Source: Heterodontus francisci (Eukaryota). Taken from it: a stretch of DNA of 64,000 nucleotides. Positions within the stretch are counted from its first letter, which is position 1, and every line of letters starts with the position of its first letter. The notes beneath the pieces were generated by a model. The model was not told the DNA's origin. It did no database searches and saw only the letters and a program-made list of their open reading frames with translations. The stretch spans positions 32,830,430 to 32,894,429 of the forward strand of contig NC_090399.1 in the NCBI RefSeq assembly GCF_036365525.1, written 5' to 3'. Both the position numbers and the translations under genes were made by a program. Below are positions 1 through 14,190 of this stretch, piece after piece.

Positions 1-229
1 CAGAATGAACTGATGAAACGTCCAGTAGAATTCTGATGAGCAAATGTAATTTGAAGGTGTTATTAGGATGCTGTCAGATTGTGAGAGTTTAATTGTACTG
101 GTCAAGTGTGTTTATCACTGTCTGCTCCTCAGTCTGTTTTGCCGAATGCTACTTTTTCTTATTTACTGACTGAATAAATATACTTACAGAATAGAATCCA
201 AGATTTATTGTTTGTAATGAATCACATTA

Positions 230-835
230 GAATGAAATACAAGAAGTAGGAACAGGAGTAGACCATTCGGCCCCTCGAACCTGCTCTATAATTTATTAAG
301 ATCACGGCTGATCCACAACCTCAACTCCATATTCCCACACAAAACAATTATCCGGATATTCCATTAGACTCCCAAAATCTACTGAGCTCAGTCTTTAATA
401 TACTCAATGACTGAATATCCACAGCACTATGGAGTGGACATTTTCAAAGATTCACAATCCTCTGAGTGAAGAAATTTCTCCTCATCTCAGTGGGATTGGT
501 CGATTCCTTATCCTGAGACTCTGTCCCCTAGTTCTAGACTCTCCAGCCAGGGGGAAACAGTCTCTCTTCTACCCTGTCAATCCCTCTCACAATCTTGTAT
601 ATTTCAAGGAGACCACCTCTCATTCTGCTAAACTCCAGAGAATATAAACCCATTCTCCTCAATCTCTCTTCATACAACAATCTTCTCATCACAGGAATCA
701 ACATCGTGAAGAAGTTTGTCACATCCCCTCTATGGCAAAAATTTCCTTCTTTAGGTACACAGACCAAAACTGTACACAGACCAAAACTGTACACAGTACT
801 CCTGGGGTGGACTCATCAAAGCCCTGTACAATTGC
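230..835 (-). mobile_element. CR1 LINE 3' fragment
   Basis: LYEERLRRMGLYSLEFSRMRGGL..; 3' tail matches the CR1 end at ~19750-19830. Confidence 0.75.
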
Positions 836-1349
836 AGTATTTAAATCTCCATTATGCAAGTTTGTTAATGTCTTCAGGTATTTTATTGCACTGTTCCTCT
901 GTATTAACTTACTCTTAATTTGGATTTGTCTGCAAATCTTGCTAACAGCACTGAGATGAAGAGAAATGTCTTCACTCAGAGGGTTGTGAATATCTGAAAC
1001 TGTCCACTCCATATGGACTGCAGTGGTTCAAGAAGGCAGCTCCCCACCACCTTCGCAAGGGCAATGAGGGATGGGCAATAAATGATACTATTCAAAGAAT
1101 TCAATAAGGTTGGTCAAGTGTGACCTTCCTTTTACAATATGTGCTGACTACTCTTTATTCTATTATGTGTTTCTTGATGTGTTTCTGTTACATCTTTGAA
1201 TAAAGATTCCATTATCTTTCCTGTCACTGACATTATGCTAACTGGTCTGAAGTTTTTTGGACTTGTTCTATATTCTGCTTTAATACAAGAATCAGACTCA
1301 TGGCACTATTCCCTATTCTGATGATTATTAATGAACAGATAATTCACAG

Positions 1350-4300
1350 AATCACTCAGAACCACAGATTAATTTCAGTGCAGAAGGTGGCCATTCAGCC
1401 CATCATGTCTGCACTGGCTCTCTGAAAGAGCAACTCCCTCAGTTTCATTCCCCTGCCTTCTCCCCATAACCCTGCACATTCTTCCTTTTCATATAACTGT
1501 CTAATTCCCTTTTGAATACTTCAGTTGACCCTGCCTTCACCATGTTCACAGGCATCGCATTCCAGACCTGAACCACTCGCTGTGTTTTTCCTCATGTCAC
1601 ATGCTTCTCTTACCAAATACTTTAAATCTGTGCCCTCTTGTTCTTGATCCTTTCATGAGTGGGAACAGTTTCTCCCTATCTACTCTGTCCAGACCCCTCG
1701 TGATTTTGAATATCTCTAACAAATCACCTCACAGCCTTCTCTTCTCCAAGGAAAACTGTCCTAACTTCTCCAATCTATCTTCATAACTGAAATTCTTCAT
1801 CCCAGGAACCATTCCCGTGAATCTTTTCTGTACTCTCTCCAATGCCCTCACATATTTCCTCAAGTGCGGCGCCCAGAACTGGACGCAATACTCCAGCTGA
1901 GGCCGAACTAGTGCCGTATACAAGTTCAGTATAACTTCATTGCTCCTGTACTCTATGCCCCTATTAATAAAGCCCAGGATACTGTATGCTTTATTAACTG
2001 CTCTCTTAACCTGTCCTGCCACCTTCAATAACTTATGCACATATACACCTCGGTCCCTCTGCTTCTGTGACAATATTGAAAATGCTGGTCCCTTTAATTA
2101 AACAGGACTCATTTCAGTATTAATAGAGAGCAGGTGATGCTCATTATAGTTTTGTATTTAGGGCTGGGTTTTTGCCCAGTTGCAGGGTTGCCTCTGGATA
2201 GAGAGTTAGTCCAGATGGAAAGAGTGGGAACTGATGTTTGGACTGAACTATGAATTGCCAATAAAACAGTTGTGGATCAGTGACTGAGATCGGCTTCCTA
2301 ATTTTGGTGACTGGACATCTGTCTGTTTAACACCTGAACCCCCTTTAGAATTGTCCCCTTTATTTTATATTGTCTCTCCATGTTATTCTGACCAAAATTA
2401 ATCACTTCACATTTGTCTGCATTGAACTTCATCTGCCACCTGTCTGCCCATTCCACCAACTTGTCTATGTCTTTCAGTTCTACACAATCTCCACACAGTT
2501 CACAATACTTCCAAGTTTTGTCTGCAAACTTTGAAATTGTGCCCTGTACACCAAGTACTAGGTCATGAATATATATCAGGAAAAGCAAGGGTCCCAACAC
2601 TGATCCCTGGGGAACTCCACTACAAACCTTCCTCCAGCCTGAAAGCATCAATTATCCACTACTCTGTCACTCAGCCAATTTCATATCCATGTTGCTACCG
2701 TCCCTTTTATTCCACGATCTACAAGTTTGCTCACATGCCTGTTGTATGGCACTGTATCAAACACCTTTTGAAAGTCCATGTACACCACATCAACAGCATT
2801 GCCCTCATCAAGCCTCTCTATTACCTCCTCAAAAAACTCCAGCAAGTTAGTTAAACATGATTTTTCCTCAAGAAATCCATGCTGGCTTTCATTAATTAAC
2901 TCTCATTTGTCCATGTGACTATTAATTTTCTCCCGACTTATTTTTACTAGTAGTTATCCCACCATCGCAGTTAAACTGACTGGCCTGTAGTTGCTGGGCT
3001 TATCTTTACACCATTTTTTGAACAAGGGTGTAACGTTTGCAATTCTCCAATCCTCTGGCACCACCCCAGAGTCTAAGGAAGACTGAAAAATTATGGGCGA
3101 TGCCTCTGCGATTTCCACCCTCACTTCCCTCAGTATACTTGGATGCAGACCTGTTGCTTCATTCTCTTTAAGTACAAACAGCCGATCTAATATTTCTTCT
3201 TTATCAATTTTAGACCCCTCTAGTGTCTGACTTACCTTCTCTTTCAATATTGCCTGGGTTACATCTTCTTCCTTGGTAAAGACAGATGCAAAGTATTCAT
3301 TTAATACTTCAGCTATGGCCTCTGTCTCCATGTGTAAATCCCCTTTCTGGTCTCTAATCGGTCCCACTTCTCCTTTTACCACCTTTTTACTATTTATATG
3401 CCTATAGAAAACTTTCGGCTCTCCTTTCATGCTAGCTGCCAGTCTCTTTTCATGCTCTCTCTTTGCTTCTCATATTTGCTTTTTCACTTCCCCTCTGGAC
3501 CTTTTATATTGAGCCTGGTTCTCAATAGTATTTTCTACCTGGCATCTGTCATAAGCACACTTTTTCTTCTTTATCTTAATCTCTACTTATTTTGTCATCC
3601 AGAGATCCCTGGATTTGTTTGCCCAACTTTTCCCCATCAAGGGAATATACCTTGACTGTGCCCAAACTATCTCTTCTTTGAAGGTAGCCCATTGTTCATT
3701 AATAGGTTTTCCTGCCAGCTTTTGACTTATTTGCCTCAGCTTCTTACCCATTCTTATCCTGGATTGCTCTTTGTCCTTTTCCATAGTCAGCCTAAACCTT
3801 ATGATATAATGATCACTATCCCCTAAAAGCTCTTCTACTGATACTTGATCCAATTGGCCCACCTCATTCCCAAGAACCAAGTCTAGCAGTGCCTCCTTTC
3901 GAATTGGACTAGCAACATTCTATTGTAGAAAATTTTCCTGAACACACTCTAGGTACTCTTGCCCCTCACTGCCCTTTACACAACTATTATCCCAGTCTAT
4001 GTTTTGATAATTAAAGTTCCCCATTAAAACTACCCTATAATGTTTGCACCTCTCTGTAATTTCCTTGCAAATTTGTTCCTCCACATCCTTCCCACTAGCT
4101 GGTGGCCAATAGACAACACTGAGCAATGTAACGGCACCTTTTTTGTTCCTTCGCTGTAGCCAAATTGTTTCTGTCCTCGACCCCTCTGGGATATCCTTTT
4201 TTCTCCAGCACTGCAATGTTCTCCTTAATCAATACCGCCAGCCCTCCCCCTTTTTTTCCCTTTCCTTGTATCCAGGAATATTTAACACCCAGCCCTGCCC

Positions 4301-4430
4301 TTCTTTGAGCCAGGTCTCTGTTATACCACAACATCATATTTCCACATGACAATCTTCACCTGTACCTCAGCAGTCTTATTAACCATACTCCCTGCATTCA
4401 TATACATGCAGATTAACCCTGATTCGGCCT
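1350..4430 (-). mobile_element. Degenerate CR1 LINE (EN+RT) with a ~270-bp unrelated insert at ~2070-2335
   Basis: Fragmented ORFs: VVLMGNFN (EN), PEDWRIANVTPLFKK..NYRPVSLT, SGVPQGSVLGPLLF, LEYCVQFWAP. Confidence 0.9.
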
Positions 4431-4725
4431 TTATTACTGATGTTAAGCTAATCGGTCTATTGTTCCCTGGAAATGTTCTATCATCTTTTTAAATATAGGA
4501 ATCACATTATCTGTCTGCCTGTCCTCTTAATGAATTTTTAATTCTAATTCGAATGAACTTGTATATCTATGTAATAGAGCCTCTGTTATCTCTTCCCTAA
4601 CTTCTCATAATATTCACAGATACAGGCCATCTGGATCAGGGGTTTTATCCTTTCTAAGTTTGATTAGTTTATCAATTATTTCCTCCCTTTCTTTCTTTAT
4701 AGCTTTTTGATTTCTTCCTCTAATG

Positions 4726-4993
4726 TCATAGAATCATAGAAAGTTTAAGGCACAGAAAGAGGCCACTTGGCCCATCATGTTTGTGCCGGCTGAAAGATGA
4801 TCCACCTATTCTAATCCCACCTTCCAGTTTTTGGTCCGTAGCCTTGGAGATTAGAGCACTTGAGGTGCATATCCTGACTCCTTTTAAATGAGTTGAGGGT
4901 CTCTGCCTCAACTATCCTTTCAGGCAGTGCGTTCCAGACCCCCACCACCCTCTGGGTGAAAAAGTTTTTCCTCATTTCCCCTCTAAATTTCCC
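4726..4993 (-). mobile_element. CR1 LINE 3' end
   Basis: FFTQRVVGVWNALP motif plus 3' tail. Confidence 0.8.
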
Positions 4994-4994
4994 C

Positions 4995-7110
4995 ACATGA
5001 CAACTATCTACATGGAGTCATGGAGAGAACCAGGATTGCTGGGATTAAGCTAAACACAGACAAATGCATTGTGAAAGTGACAGAATGCCAGTTCTTGGGA
5101 ATGGTGTACACACCTGATGGAGTCAAGCCAATCCCTGAAAGAATCTCAGCCATCTCGAGAATGGAAGCCCCAAGACATAAGAGAGAGTTGAGAAGTTTCC
5201 TTGGTTTGATACAATACATGAGCTCCTGTATTCCACACATGTCGGAACACATAGCAAACCTGCAGGAGCTGATGAAAGAAGATGTAGAATACCAGTGGTC
5301 AGAGTCATGACAGGAGTTTCAACAAACTCAAAAAGGTAGTATGCAAGCAGACAAGTCTGTTATACTATGACAGAAAGAAACCTGTCACTCTGCAAGTAGA
5401 GGCTTCTACAAAATGAATGGGAGCAGCCCTGGTACAAGAGGGAAAGCCTCTTTGCATTTGCATCCAAAGCTCTGACATCGACTGAGACAAGATATGCCAA
5501 CATAAAGAGAGAGCTTTTGGCAGTCATGCATGGATGTGAGAAGTTCCACACATATCTTTATGGGAGGGAGTTCACAGTGGGAAGTGATTATCGTCCACTG
5601 GAGCAGATCTACAAGAAAAATCTATGTAAAGCACCCGCAAGACTGCAGAGGTTACTCTTGAGGCTTCAGAGTTATGATTTCACTCTGAAATATGAGCCAG
5701 GAAGAGAAATGGTGCTGGCAGACACCCTATCTCAGTTGTCACCATAGGAGAACCATGAGATAGAAGAGCTGGGCATAAAGATTCATCACCTAGTGGATGT
5801 AACACCACCAAAACTGAGTCAAATTAGAGATGAGACCAGCAAAGATGAGGAGTTACAGATGCTGTCTCAGCAAGTGATCCAGGGATGGCCTGATAAGTTA
5901 CAGCACACACAGCCAGCAATACGGAAGTACTGGTCTATCAGAGATGACATCTCACTAGAAGATGGTGTTCTGCTGGCTGGATCCAGAATAATCAAACCCA
6001 AAACAATGCAGGAAGAACTTCTCCAAAAGATACATGAAGGCCACATGGGAATGGAGAAGTGTAAGCTCAGAGCCAAATCAACTGTGTACTGGATAGGCAT
6101 ATACAAAGACATTGAAAATATGGTGTTTACATGCAGTGTATGCCAGAAGTACAGAAACTCACAACAGAAAGAAGAGATGATAGCTACTGAATTATCACTC
6201 AGACCATGGCACACTGCAGGAGTCAATTTATTCACACATAATCAAGAATGGTATCTAATAGTCACAGACGACTGCTCAAAATTCCCTTTTATCCAGAAGA
6301 TGAAAGACTTGAGAGCCACAACAATAATCTCAGCAGTACGAGTTCCATTTGCTGAGCAAGAGATTCCTGAAAGGTTAATATGTAACACTGGCACCCAATT
6401 TACATCCAGAGAATTTAAGGAATTCACTGACCAGTATGGGTTCAACACCATCACCTCATCACCACACTATCCATGGGGACACGGATTTATAGAAAGACAC
6501 GTCCAGATGGTCAAAAGAACACTTGTGAAATGCCAAGAGAAAAAGGAAGACCCAAAACTGGCCTTACTATCACTCCGATCCACACCTCTCAAGGCTGACA
6601 TGAAATCACCTGCAGAGATGTTAAATGGAAGAAAATATAAGACAACTCTGCCAAGCAAAATACATCCTTCATGTGACCAGGAGGAAGTGAGGCAACAACT
6701 CACTGAGTACAGGAAAGAGGAGAGCAACACTTCAACAAATATGCTAAATCCCTACCCGAGCTGTTGAAAGGACAAACTGTACACGTACCGGATCCAATCA
6801 TGAAAACCTGGAGCCCAGCAAAAGTTGTTAGTGAAGCTGAGACCCCAAGGTCATATATCATTAAGACCAAAACCAGTAACCAAGTGAGAAGGATCAGAAT
6901 CCATATTCAACCTACACCTGAGCTGGAACAACAGAAAAGACCATCAACAACACCGGAAACATCATTATCAAGTGAGACAACATTATCAACATCATCAGCA
7001 AGTGGCACAGATCACCTGTACAGCATACCAATTCACCATTAAGAGCAAAAAATGCCAAATCTAAAAGATGGAGGCACAACATCTTACCACCCAAGCGATA
7101 CCTTGAATAA
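4995..7110 (+). mobile_element. Ty3/Gypsy LTR retrotransposon pol remnant (RT end-RNase H-integrase)
   Basis: LRSFLGLIQY (RT), CEKFHTYLYGREF (RNase H), integrase HHCC (IHEGHMG..CSVC) and TSSPHYP..GFIER; order RT-RH-IN. Confidence 0.9.
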
Positions 7111-7126
7111 TATTTTTTTTTTAAAT

Positions 7127-10100
7127 CTTCTTCTTCTTTGGCCTCCTTGTCTCGAGAGACAATGGATACGCGCCTGGAGGTGGTCAGTGGTTTGTGGAGC
7201 AGCCCCTGGAGTGGCTATAAAGGCCAATATTAGGGTGACAGACTCTTCCACAGGTGCTGCAGAAAAATTTGTTTGTCGGGGCTGTTACACAGTTGGCTCT
7301 CCCCTTGCGCTTTTGTCTTTTTTCCTGCCAACTGCTAAGTCTCTTCGACTCGCCACACTTTAGCACTGCCTTTATGGCTGCCCGCCAGCTCTGGCGATCG
7401 CTGGCAACTGACTCCCATGACTTGTGATCAATGTCACAGGACTTCATGTTGCGTTTGCAGACGTCTTTAAAGCGGAGACATGGACGGCCGGTGGGTCTGA
7501 TACCAGTGGCGAGCTCGCTGTACAACGTGTCTTTGGGGATCCTGCCATCTTCCATGCGGCTCACATGGCCATGCCATCTCAAGCGCCACTGACTCAGTAG
7601 TGTGTATAAGCTGGGGATGTTGGCCGTCTCGTGGACTTCTGTGTTGGAGATATGGTCCTGCCATCTGATGCCAAGGATTCTCCGGAGGCAGCGAAGATGG
7701 AATGAATTGAGACGTCACTCTTGGCTGACATACGTTGTCCAGGCCTCGCTGCCATAGAGCAAGGTACTGAGGACACAGGCTTGATACACTCGGACTTTTG
7801 TGTTCCGTGTCAGTGCGCCATTTTCCCACACTCTCTTGGCCAGTCTGGACATAGCAGTGGAAGCCTTTCCCATGCACTTGTTGATTTCTGCATCGAGAGA
7901 CAGGTTACTGGTGATAGTTGAGCCTCGGTAGGTGAACTCTCGAACCACTTCCAGAGTGTGGTCACCAATATTGATGGATGGAGCATTTCTGACGTCCTGT
8001 CCCATGATGTTCGTTTTCTTGAGGCTGATGGTTAGGCCAAATTCATTGCACGCAGCCGCAAACCTGTCGATGAGACTCTGCAGGCACTATTCAGTATGAG
8101 ATGTTAAAGCAGCATTGTCAGCAAAGAGGAGTTCCCTGATGAGGACTTTCCGTACTTTGGTCTTCGCTCTTAGACGGGCAAGGTTGAACAACCTGCCCCC
8201 TGATCTTGTGTGGAGGAAAATTCCTTCTTCAGAAGACTTGAACGCATGTGAGAGCAGCAGGGAGAAGAAAATCCCAAACAGTGTGGGCGCAAGAACACAG
8301 CCCTGTTTCATGCCACTCAAGATAGGAAAGGGCTCTGATGAGGAGCCACTATGCTGAATTGTGCCTTTCATATTGTCATGGAATGAGGTGATGATACTTA
8401 GGAGCTTTGGTGGACATCCAATCTTTTCTAGTAGTCTGAAGAGACCACGTCTGCTGACGAGGTCAAAGGCTTTGGTGAGATCAATGAAAGCAATGTAGAG
8501 GGGCATCTGTTGTTCGCGGCATTTCTCCTGTATCTGGCGAAGGGAGAACAGCATGTCAATGGTCGATCTCTCTGCACGAAAGCCACACTGTGCCTCAGGG
8601 TAAACGCGCTCGGCCAGCTTCTGGAGCCTGTTCAGAGCGACTCGAGTAAAGACTTTCCCCACTATACTGAGCAGGGAGATTCCACAGTAGTTGTTGCAGT
8701 CACCGCAGTCACCTTTGTTTTTATAGAGGGTGATGATGTTGGCATCGTGCATGTCCTGGGGTACTGCTCCCTCGTCCCAGCACAGGCAAAGCAGTTCATG
8801 GATTGCTGAGAGTATAGCAGGCTTGGCACTCTTGATTATTTCAGGGGTAATGCCGTCCTTCCCAGGGGCTTTTCCACTGGCTAGAGAATCAATGGCATCA
8901 CTGAGTTCCGATTTTGTTGGCTGTATGTCCAGCTCATCCATGACTGGTAGAGACTGGGCTGCATTGAGGGTGTTCTCAGTGACAACATTTTCCCTGGAGT
9001 ACAGTTCTAGGTAGTGCTCAACCCAGCGGTCCATTTGCTTATGTTGGTCAGTGATTGTATCCCCTCATTTAGATTTGAGGGGGGCGATCTTCTTGATGGT
9101 TGGCCCAAAAGCTCTCTTAATGCCATCATACATTCCTCTGATGTTTCCGGTGTCTGAGGCCAGCTGAATATGACTGCATAGGTGTTGCCAGTAGTCATTT
9201 GCGCAGCGCCTGGCTGTTCTTTGTGCAGTGCTTCTGGCTGCTTTAAGTGCTACGGATGTTAACTCGCTGGGGGCTTTCTTGTCGTTCAAAAGTGCAATGC
9301 GCTTAGCGGCTATGACAGGTTCCAGCTCTTCAAAATGAGATTGAAACCAGTCTGCATTTCTCTTCACACGTTTGCCATAGGTGGTCATAGCTGACTCACA
9401 GATGGCGTCTCTGATGTGGGCCCACTTGGTCTCAGCATCCCCTGTGGGTGTTTTTTGAAGGGCTTTTACAAGTGAATTTAGAAATTTTTGTAACAGCTGT
9501 GGATAAGAAATTCTGCTCGTGTTGATGCGCGGGTGGCCCTTCTGCTTGCAGTGATGCATCTTCTTTGGTTTGAGGCTAACCTTGCTGCACACCAGGGAGT
9601 GGTCGTTGTCGCAGTCCGCACTGTGGAAGCTGCGTGTGATTTGAACACTGTTTAAGGAGGCTCGCCTTGTGACGATGAGGTCCAGCTGGTGCCAACGATG
9701 TGATCTTGGGTGCCTCCATGAAACCTGGTGACAGGGTTTAGTGTGAAAGAACGAGTTGGTGATGCAGAGGTTATGATATGTACACAACTCAAGCAGTCTC
9801 TGTCCATTTTCATTCATCCTTCCAACACCATAGCGCCCAAGGCAGGAGGGCCATGAGTCATGGTCGGCCCCAACCCTGGCATTAAAGTCCCCCAGCAGTA
9901 ACAGATGTTCGGTGTTGGGGATGCTACTAATGGAGTTCCTTGTAGAACTGGTCTTTAGCTTCAGGTGGGGAGCAGAGTGTTGGAGTCTCGATGCTGAGTA
10001 GGTGTACTGGACCAGAGGCGGTGAGCAGTCGGATGGACAGTATGCGTTCCGAGCCATTTGAGGGAGGCTCTTTAATGCTGAGTAAGGGGTTTCTGATGGC

Positions 10101-10885
10101 GAAGCCCACTCCATGCTGCCTTGGTTCTTCAGGATCCCTACCCTGCCAGAAGAAGGTGTAGTCTTGCTCTGTTAGAGATCCACTTGCAGGGAGGTGTGTC
10201 TCCTGAAGTGCTGCAATGTCTACTTTGAGTCTACTGAGCTCGTTGTTAATGATGGCAGTCTTCCGAGAATCGTTGATTTGTGTAAGGTCTTCCGACAGGC
10301 CAGGACACATAGTTCTGACGTTCCAGCTTGCAAAACGAAGGGCTGGTACCTTCTTTCCTTTATCCGTGCTATTTGGTGAGGTGTTGCAGTCCACTTTTCA
10401 GGCAATGACCCTGAGCTCCAAGCACCCATTGAAGCAGGTGGACTGTGGCGGGTCAGAACCTTATTGACCGGGGGCTGCCCGGTTTGAGGCGTGCGGTAGC
10501 TGTCCAGTGAGATGCGATGACCTCTCCCACTGACAAAGGCAACCCGTGGCGCCCAATCTCTACGCCAATTGAGCTGAACTTATAACCCGTAACGGCTGCC
10601 TTCCGTCTTCTTTCAGTCGCTGTGAGGCGACTATGGAGTGACCTCTCCATGGCGCATGCCTGGGCGAATGTATGGAGGTTGAGAGTTGCCCAAGCATCAA
10701 AACCCCCCTCTCGGCCTTTCTGGTGGGGTCCAAAGGAGTGCAGAGCACGACGTTTGGCACCGGTATGGCTGCAGGAACTGCCGGAAACATGCCAAAGGTA
10801 ACACATGACCGCCTATGGGGTTCCGCTCCGGATTTTCTATTCGGGTTTACTCCCTTAGCCTTGGTCTCTCCCGAGACGCCCACAT
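7127..10885 (-). mobile_element. Near full-length RTE (BovB-like) LINE nested in the Gypsy element
   Basis: FASWNVRT..ALQET and LLGDFNARVG (EN); IDLTKAFD, GMKQGCVLAP, LFADN (RT); C-terminal CSTC..SH; (GAA)n tail; few frameshifts. Confidence 0.92.
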
Positions 10886-11240
10886 GCTATAAAAGACTCT
10901 AAAAAGGCGTTCAGATTATTTTCAAAAGTCAGATGATAATCTTCTTTATTTATAGTGACAGTTATATTGATATAGGGGGCTTTATGTTTTAAAGAAAGAG
11001 GGATGTTATATATTGTTATACTATCTGTACAGTGTTAGGAACTAATTAGCTGGGAACTAGTTGTTATGTGTAAGCGTTCCAGTAGCGGGGTGTGGGGGGG
11101 CCACATTCACTGCTGCACTGGGGAGTCCTGTTATATGTAACGCAAGAATCAGTTGAATCAGGTTCGAGAGCACAGAGGTTCTGTAATAAACAAGACTGAC
11201 TCCAGCCTTTTCCAAGTTTAAAGTGTGATTCTTTCCAACA
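10886..11240 (+). mobile_element. 3' end and 3' LTR (11004-11240) of the Gypsy element
   Basis: Polypurine tract AAAGAAAGAGGGA directly before TGTT...AACA termini; AATAAA at 11185. Confidence 0.65.
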
Positions 11241-11329
11241 TCTGGGAACCAGAAACGACATAAAGACAAAACACTATCAGACAGACAGAGACAGAGTCAG
11301 TGAGCAAGATACAAAGACAGATGGAGAGA

Positions 11330-11595
11330 CAGAGGGAGACACAGGGACAGAGGGGGACAGGGGGATGGAGGGAGACACGGAGATGGAGGGGGACACAGGG
11401 ACGGAGGGGGACATGGGGACGGAGGGGGACACGGGGACGGAGGGGGACACGGGGACGGAGGGGGACACGGGGATGGAGGGAGTCACGGGGACGAAGGGGG
11501 AGACGGGGACGGAGGGGGACATGGGGACGGAGGGAGACACAGGGATGGAGGTAGTCACGGGGACGGAGGGGGACATGGGGACAGAGGGAGACAGA
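11330..11595. repeat. 18-bp G-rich minisatellite (GGGGACACGGGGACGGAG)
   Basis: About 14 tandem copies, producing the periodic ORFs in the track. Confidence 0.9.
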
Positions 11596-11954
11596 GCAAT
11601 GAGCTGTTGAGTGTATCAGACACACAATGATCAATGAGCATGTGGTTTCCGTCTGTTCACTCGAGGCCTTCCGCGACCGATGAGCATCGCAGGGACTGGA
11701 GAGCATTATCGATGTGGATGATAGGGTCTCAATTCAAGTTTTGTTTTATTTTGCTGTTTTCATCATGTTATTTATTTAAAATACAGATAAATGGGGCCTG
11801 GGGAATAAAGGCCACCTCAACAAATTAAAAAAAGGTCAGACACAGATTCAAGCTCCCTGTACAATGTCTGATCAAACACTCCCAGTGCAGTTACAAAAAA
11901 AAACAAAAAAGAAAGCTCCCTCTACACCTTCCAAATAGTAACAGTGAGTAGGGA

Positions 11955-12600
11955 TGAATGGAGAGAGAGAGGGAGGGGTGAGGGAGGGAGAGAGGCAGAG
12001 GGAATGGGAGAGGGAGAGAGAGTGAGTGGGACAGGCGTTGGTACGGGGGAGATGGTGAGGGAGGGTGGTGGGTGAGGGTGAGAGACGGATTGAGTAGAGT
12101 GAGTGGAGGCAGAGGGTGAGATAGAGGGAGAGATGGACCGGGGAAGGGAGGATGTAGGGTGCGAGGGAGTAGGACGAGAGAGGGAAGAGAGGCGGGAAAG
12201 GGGAGAGGGATTAGGAAATGGGGGGAGGGTGAGGGTGAGTGAGGGGAGAGAGAGTCTGGAGGGGTGGGAGAGAGACAAATTGAGAGAAAGAGGGTGACTG
12301 AAAGCGCAAGTGAAAGAGAGTATACCAGAGAAGGGAGCAGGAGGGTGAGGGCTAGAGAGAGGGGAAGAGAGAGGGTTGGAGAGAGGAGGGGGGAGAGAGA
12401 GAGGGTTGGAGAGAGGGGAAGGGGAGAGAGAGTATGTTGGAGAGAGGTTGGGAGGGTAAAGGGAATTGAGAAACGAGAGATTGAAAGTAACAATGAGACT
12501 GAAAGAGAAAGTGTGAGCAAAAGACAGAAAGAGGCAGAGAGAGACGAAGAAAGGAACAAAGAGAGAGACAGAGGGAAAGAGAGACAGAGAGGAGCAATCA
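11955..12600. repeat. GA-rich low-complexity tract
   Basis: Strongly purine-biased (GA/GGA) runs. Confidence 0.85.
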
Positions 12601-12699
12601 CTGCCCACGTAGAGAGGAGCAATCACTGCCCACGTATTTCCAGGTTGGAGATGGTGTAGAAGTATTTAGAGAGGTTGAGTGGGTCTACACTGGGATTGA

Positions 12700-13000
12700 G
12701 GAGGTGTAGGGTATAGCGATAGGGGGGGTGTAGGGTTGGAGCAGGTTACAGAGATAGGGAGAGATGTAGGGACTGGTGGTATTTACAGAGATAGGGAGGC
12801 TTTTTGAGCTGGAGGAGGTAACAGAGATAGGGAGGGGTGTAGGGTTGGAGCAGGTTACAGAGATAGGGAGGGGTTACAGAGATAGGGAGGGATGTAGGGA
12901 CTGGTGGCATTTACAGAGATAGGGAGGCTTGTAGAGCTGGAGGAGGTGACAGAGATAGGGAGAGGTGTAGGGGCTGGAGGAGGTTACAGAGATAGTGAGG
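12700..13000. repeat. ~36-bp tandem repeat (gttacagagatagggaggggtgtagggctggaggag)
   Basis: About 8 degenerate copies at the 3' end of the L2 element. Confidence 0.75.
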
Positions 13001-14190
13001 GGTGAGGTAATGGAGGGATTTGAAAGCAAGGAGGACCGGGAGCCAATGAAAGGCAGCGAGCACAGGGGGTGATGGGTTCGGTGATGAACAGGGTTTAGTG
13101 CGAGTTCAGACATGGGCAGCAGAGTTTTGGATGACCTCAAGTTTAAGGAGGGTAGAATGTGGGAGACCAGCCAGGAATACATTAGAATAGTCGAGTCTGG
13201 AGGTAACAAAGGAATGGATGAGGGTTTCAGCAGCAGATGAGCTGAGGCAGGGGTGGAGTCGGGAGATGTTACAGAGGTTGAAATAGGCGGTCTTAGTGAT
13301 GGAGTGACTATGAGCTCGGAAGCTCATCTCAGGTTGTGAACAGTCTGGTTGAGCCTCAGACAGTTGCCAGGGAGATGGATGGAGTCGGTGGCTCGAGAAC
13401 AGAGTTTGTCGCAGTACCAAAGAGAATGGCTTCTGCCTTCCCGATACTTAAATGGAAGAAATTTCTGCCCTCCCAGTGCTGGATGTCAGATAAGCAGTTT
13501 AATAATTTATCAACAGTGGAGGAGTTGAGAGAGGTGGTGGTGAGGTAGAGCTGGATGTTGTCAGTGTACATGTGAAAATTAACAGTGTGTTTTCAGATGA
13601 TGTAACTGAGGGGCAGCATGTAGATGAGAAATAGGAGGGGGTCAAGGATAGATCATTGGGGAACACCAGAGGTAACAGTGAGGGAGCCGGAAGAGAAGCC
13701 ATTGCAAGTGATTCTCTGACTACGATTAGATAGATAAGCATGGAACCAGGTGAGAGCAATCCCACCCAGCTGGACGACAGTGCAGAGGCATTGGAGGAGG
13801 ATGGTGCGGTCAACCATGTCAAAGGCTGCAGACAGGTCGAGAAGGACGAGGAGGGAAAGTTTACCTTTGTCACAGTCACATAGGATGTCATTTGTGACTT
13901 TGATAAGAGCTGTTTCAGTACGGTAACAGGGGAAGAAACCTGATTGGAGGATTTCAACATGGTGTTCCGGGAAAGATGGTCATGGATTTGGGAGGTGACA
14001 ACACGTTCAAGGACTTTGGCGAGTGAAGGGAGTTTGGAGATGGGACATTCATTTGCAAGGACAGAGCGGGTCAAGGGATTTTTGCTTTAGGAGAAGGGTG
14101 ATAACCAGAGATTTGAAAGAGTGAGGGACAGAACCTGAGGAGAGGGAACCGTTATCAATATCAGCGAACATGGGAGCCAGGAAGGGACTT
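13000..14190 (-). mobile_element. L2-clade LINE fragment
   Basis: PISKLPSLAKVLERVV, YTDNIQLY, ETLIHSFVTSRLDYSN, VIQNSAA motifs. Confidence 0.85.

Noticed and set aside
11-40. CTGATGA motifs suggesting a hammerhead
   Set aside because: No helix II or correctly placed GAAA.
11630-11730. CpG-rich unique stretch as a possible small RNA or exon
   Set aside because: No recognisable snRNA/snoRNA boxes or convincing splice pair.
11218-12659. Collagen-like (GxEGDT) and Leu/Ser/Pro ORFs
   Set aside because: Artefacts of the 18-bp and GA-rich repeats; no splice or domain support.
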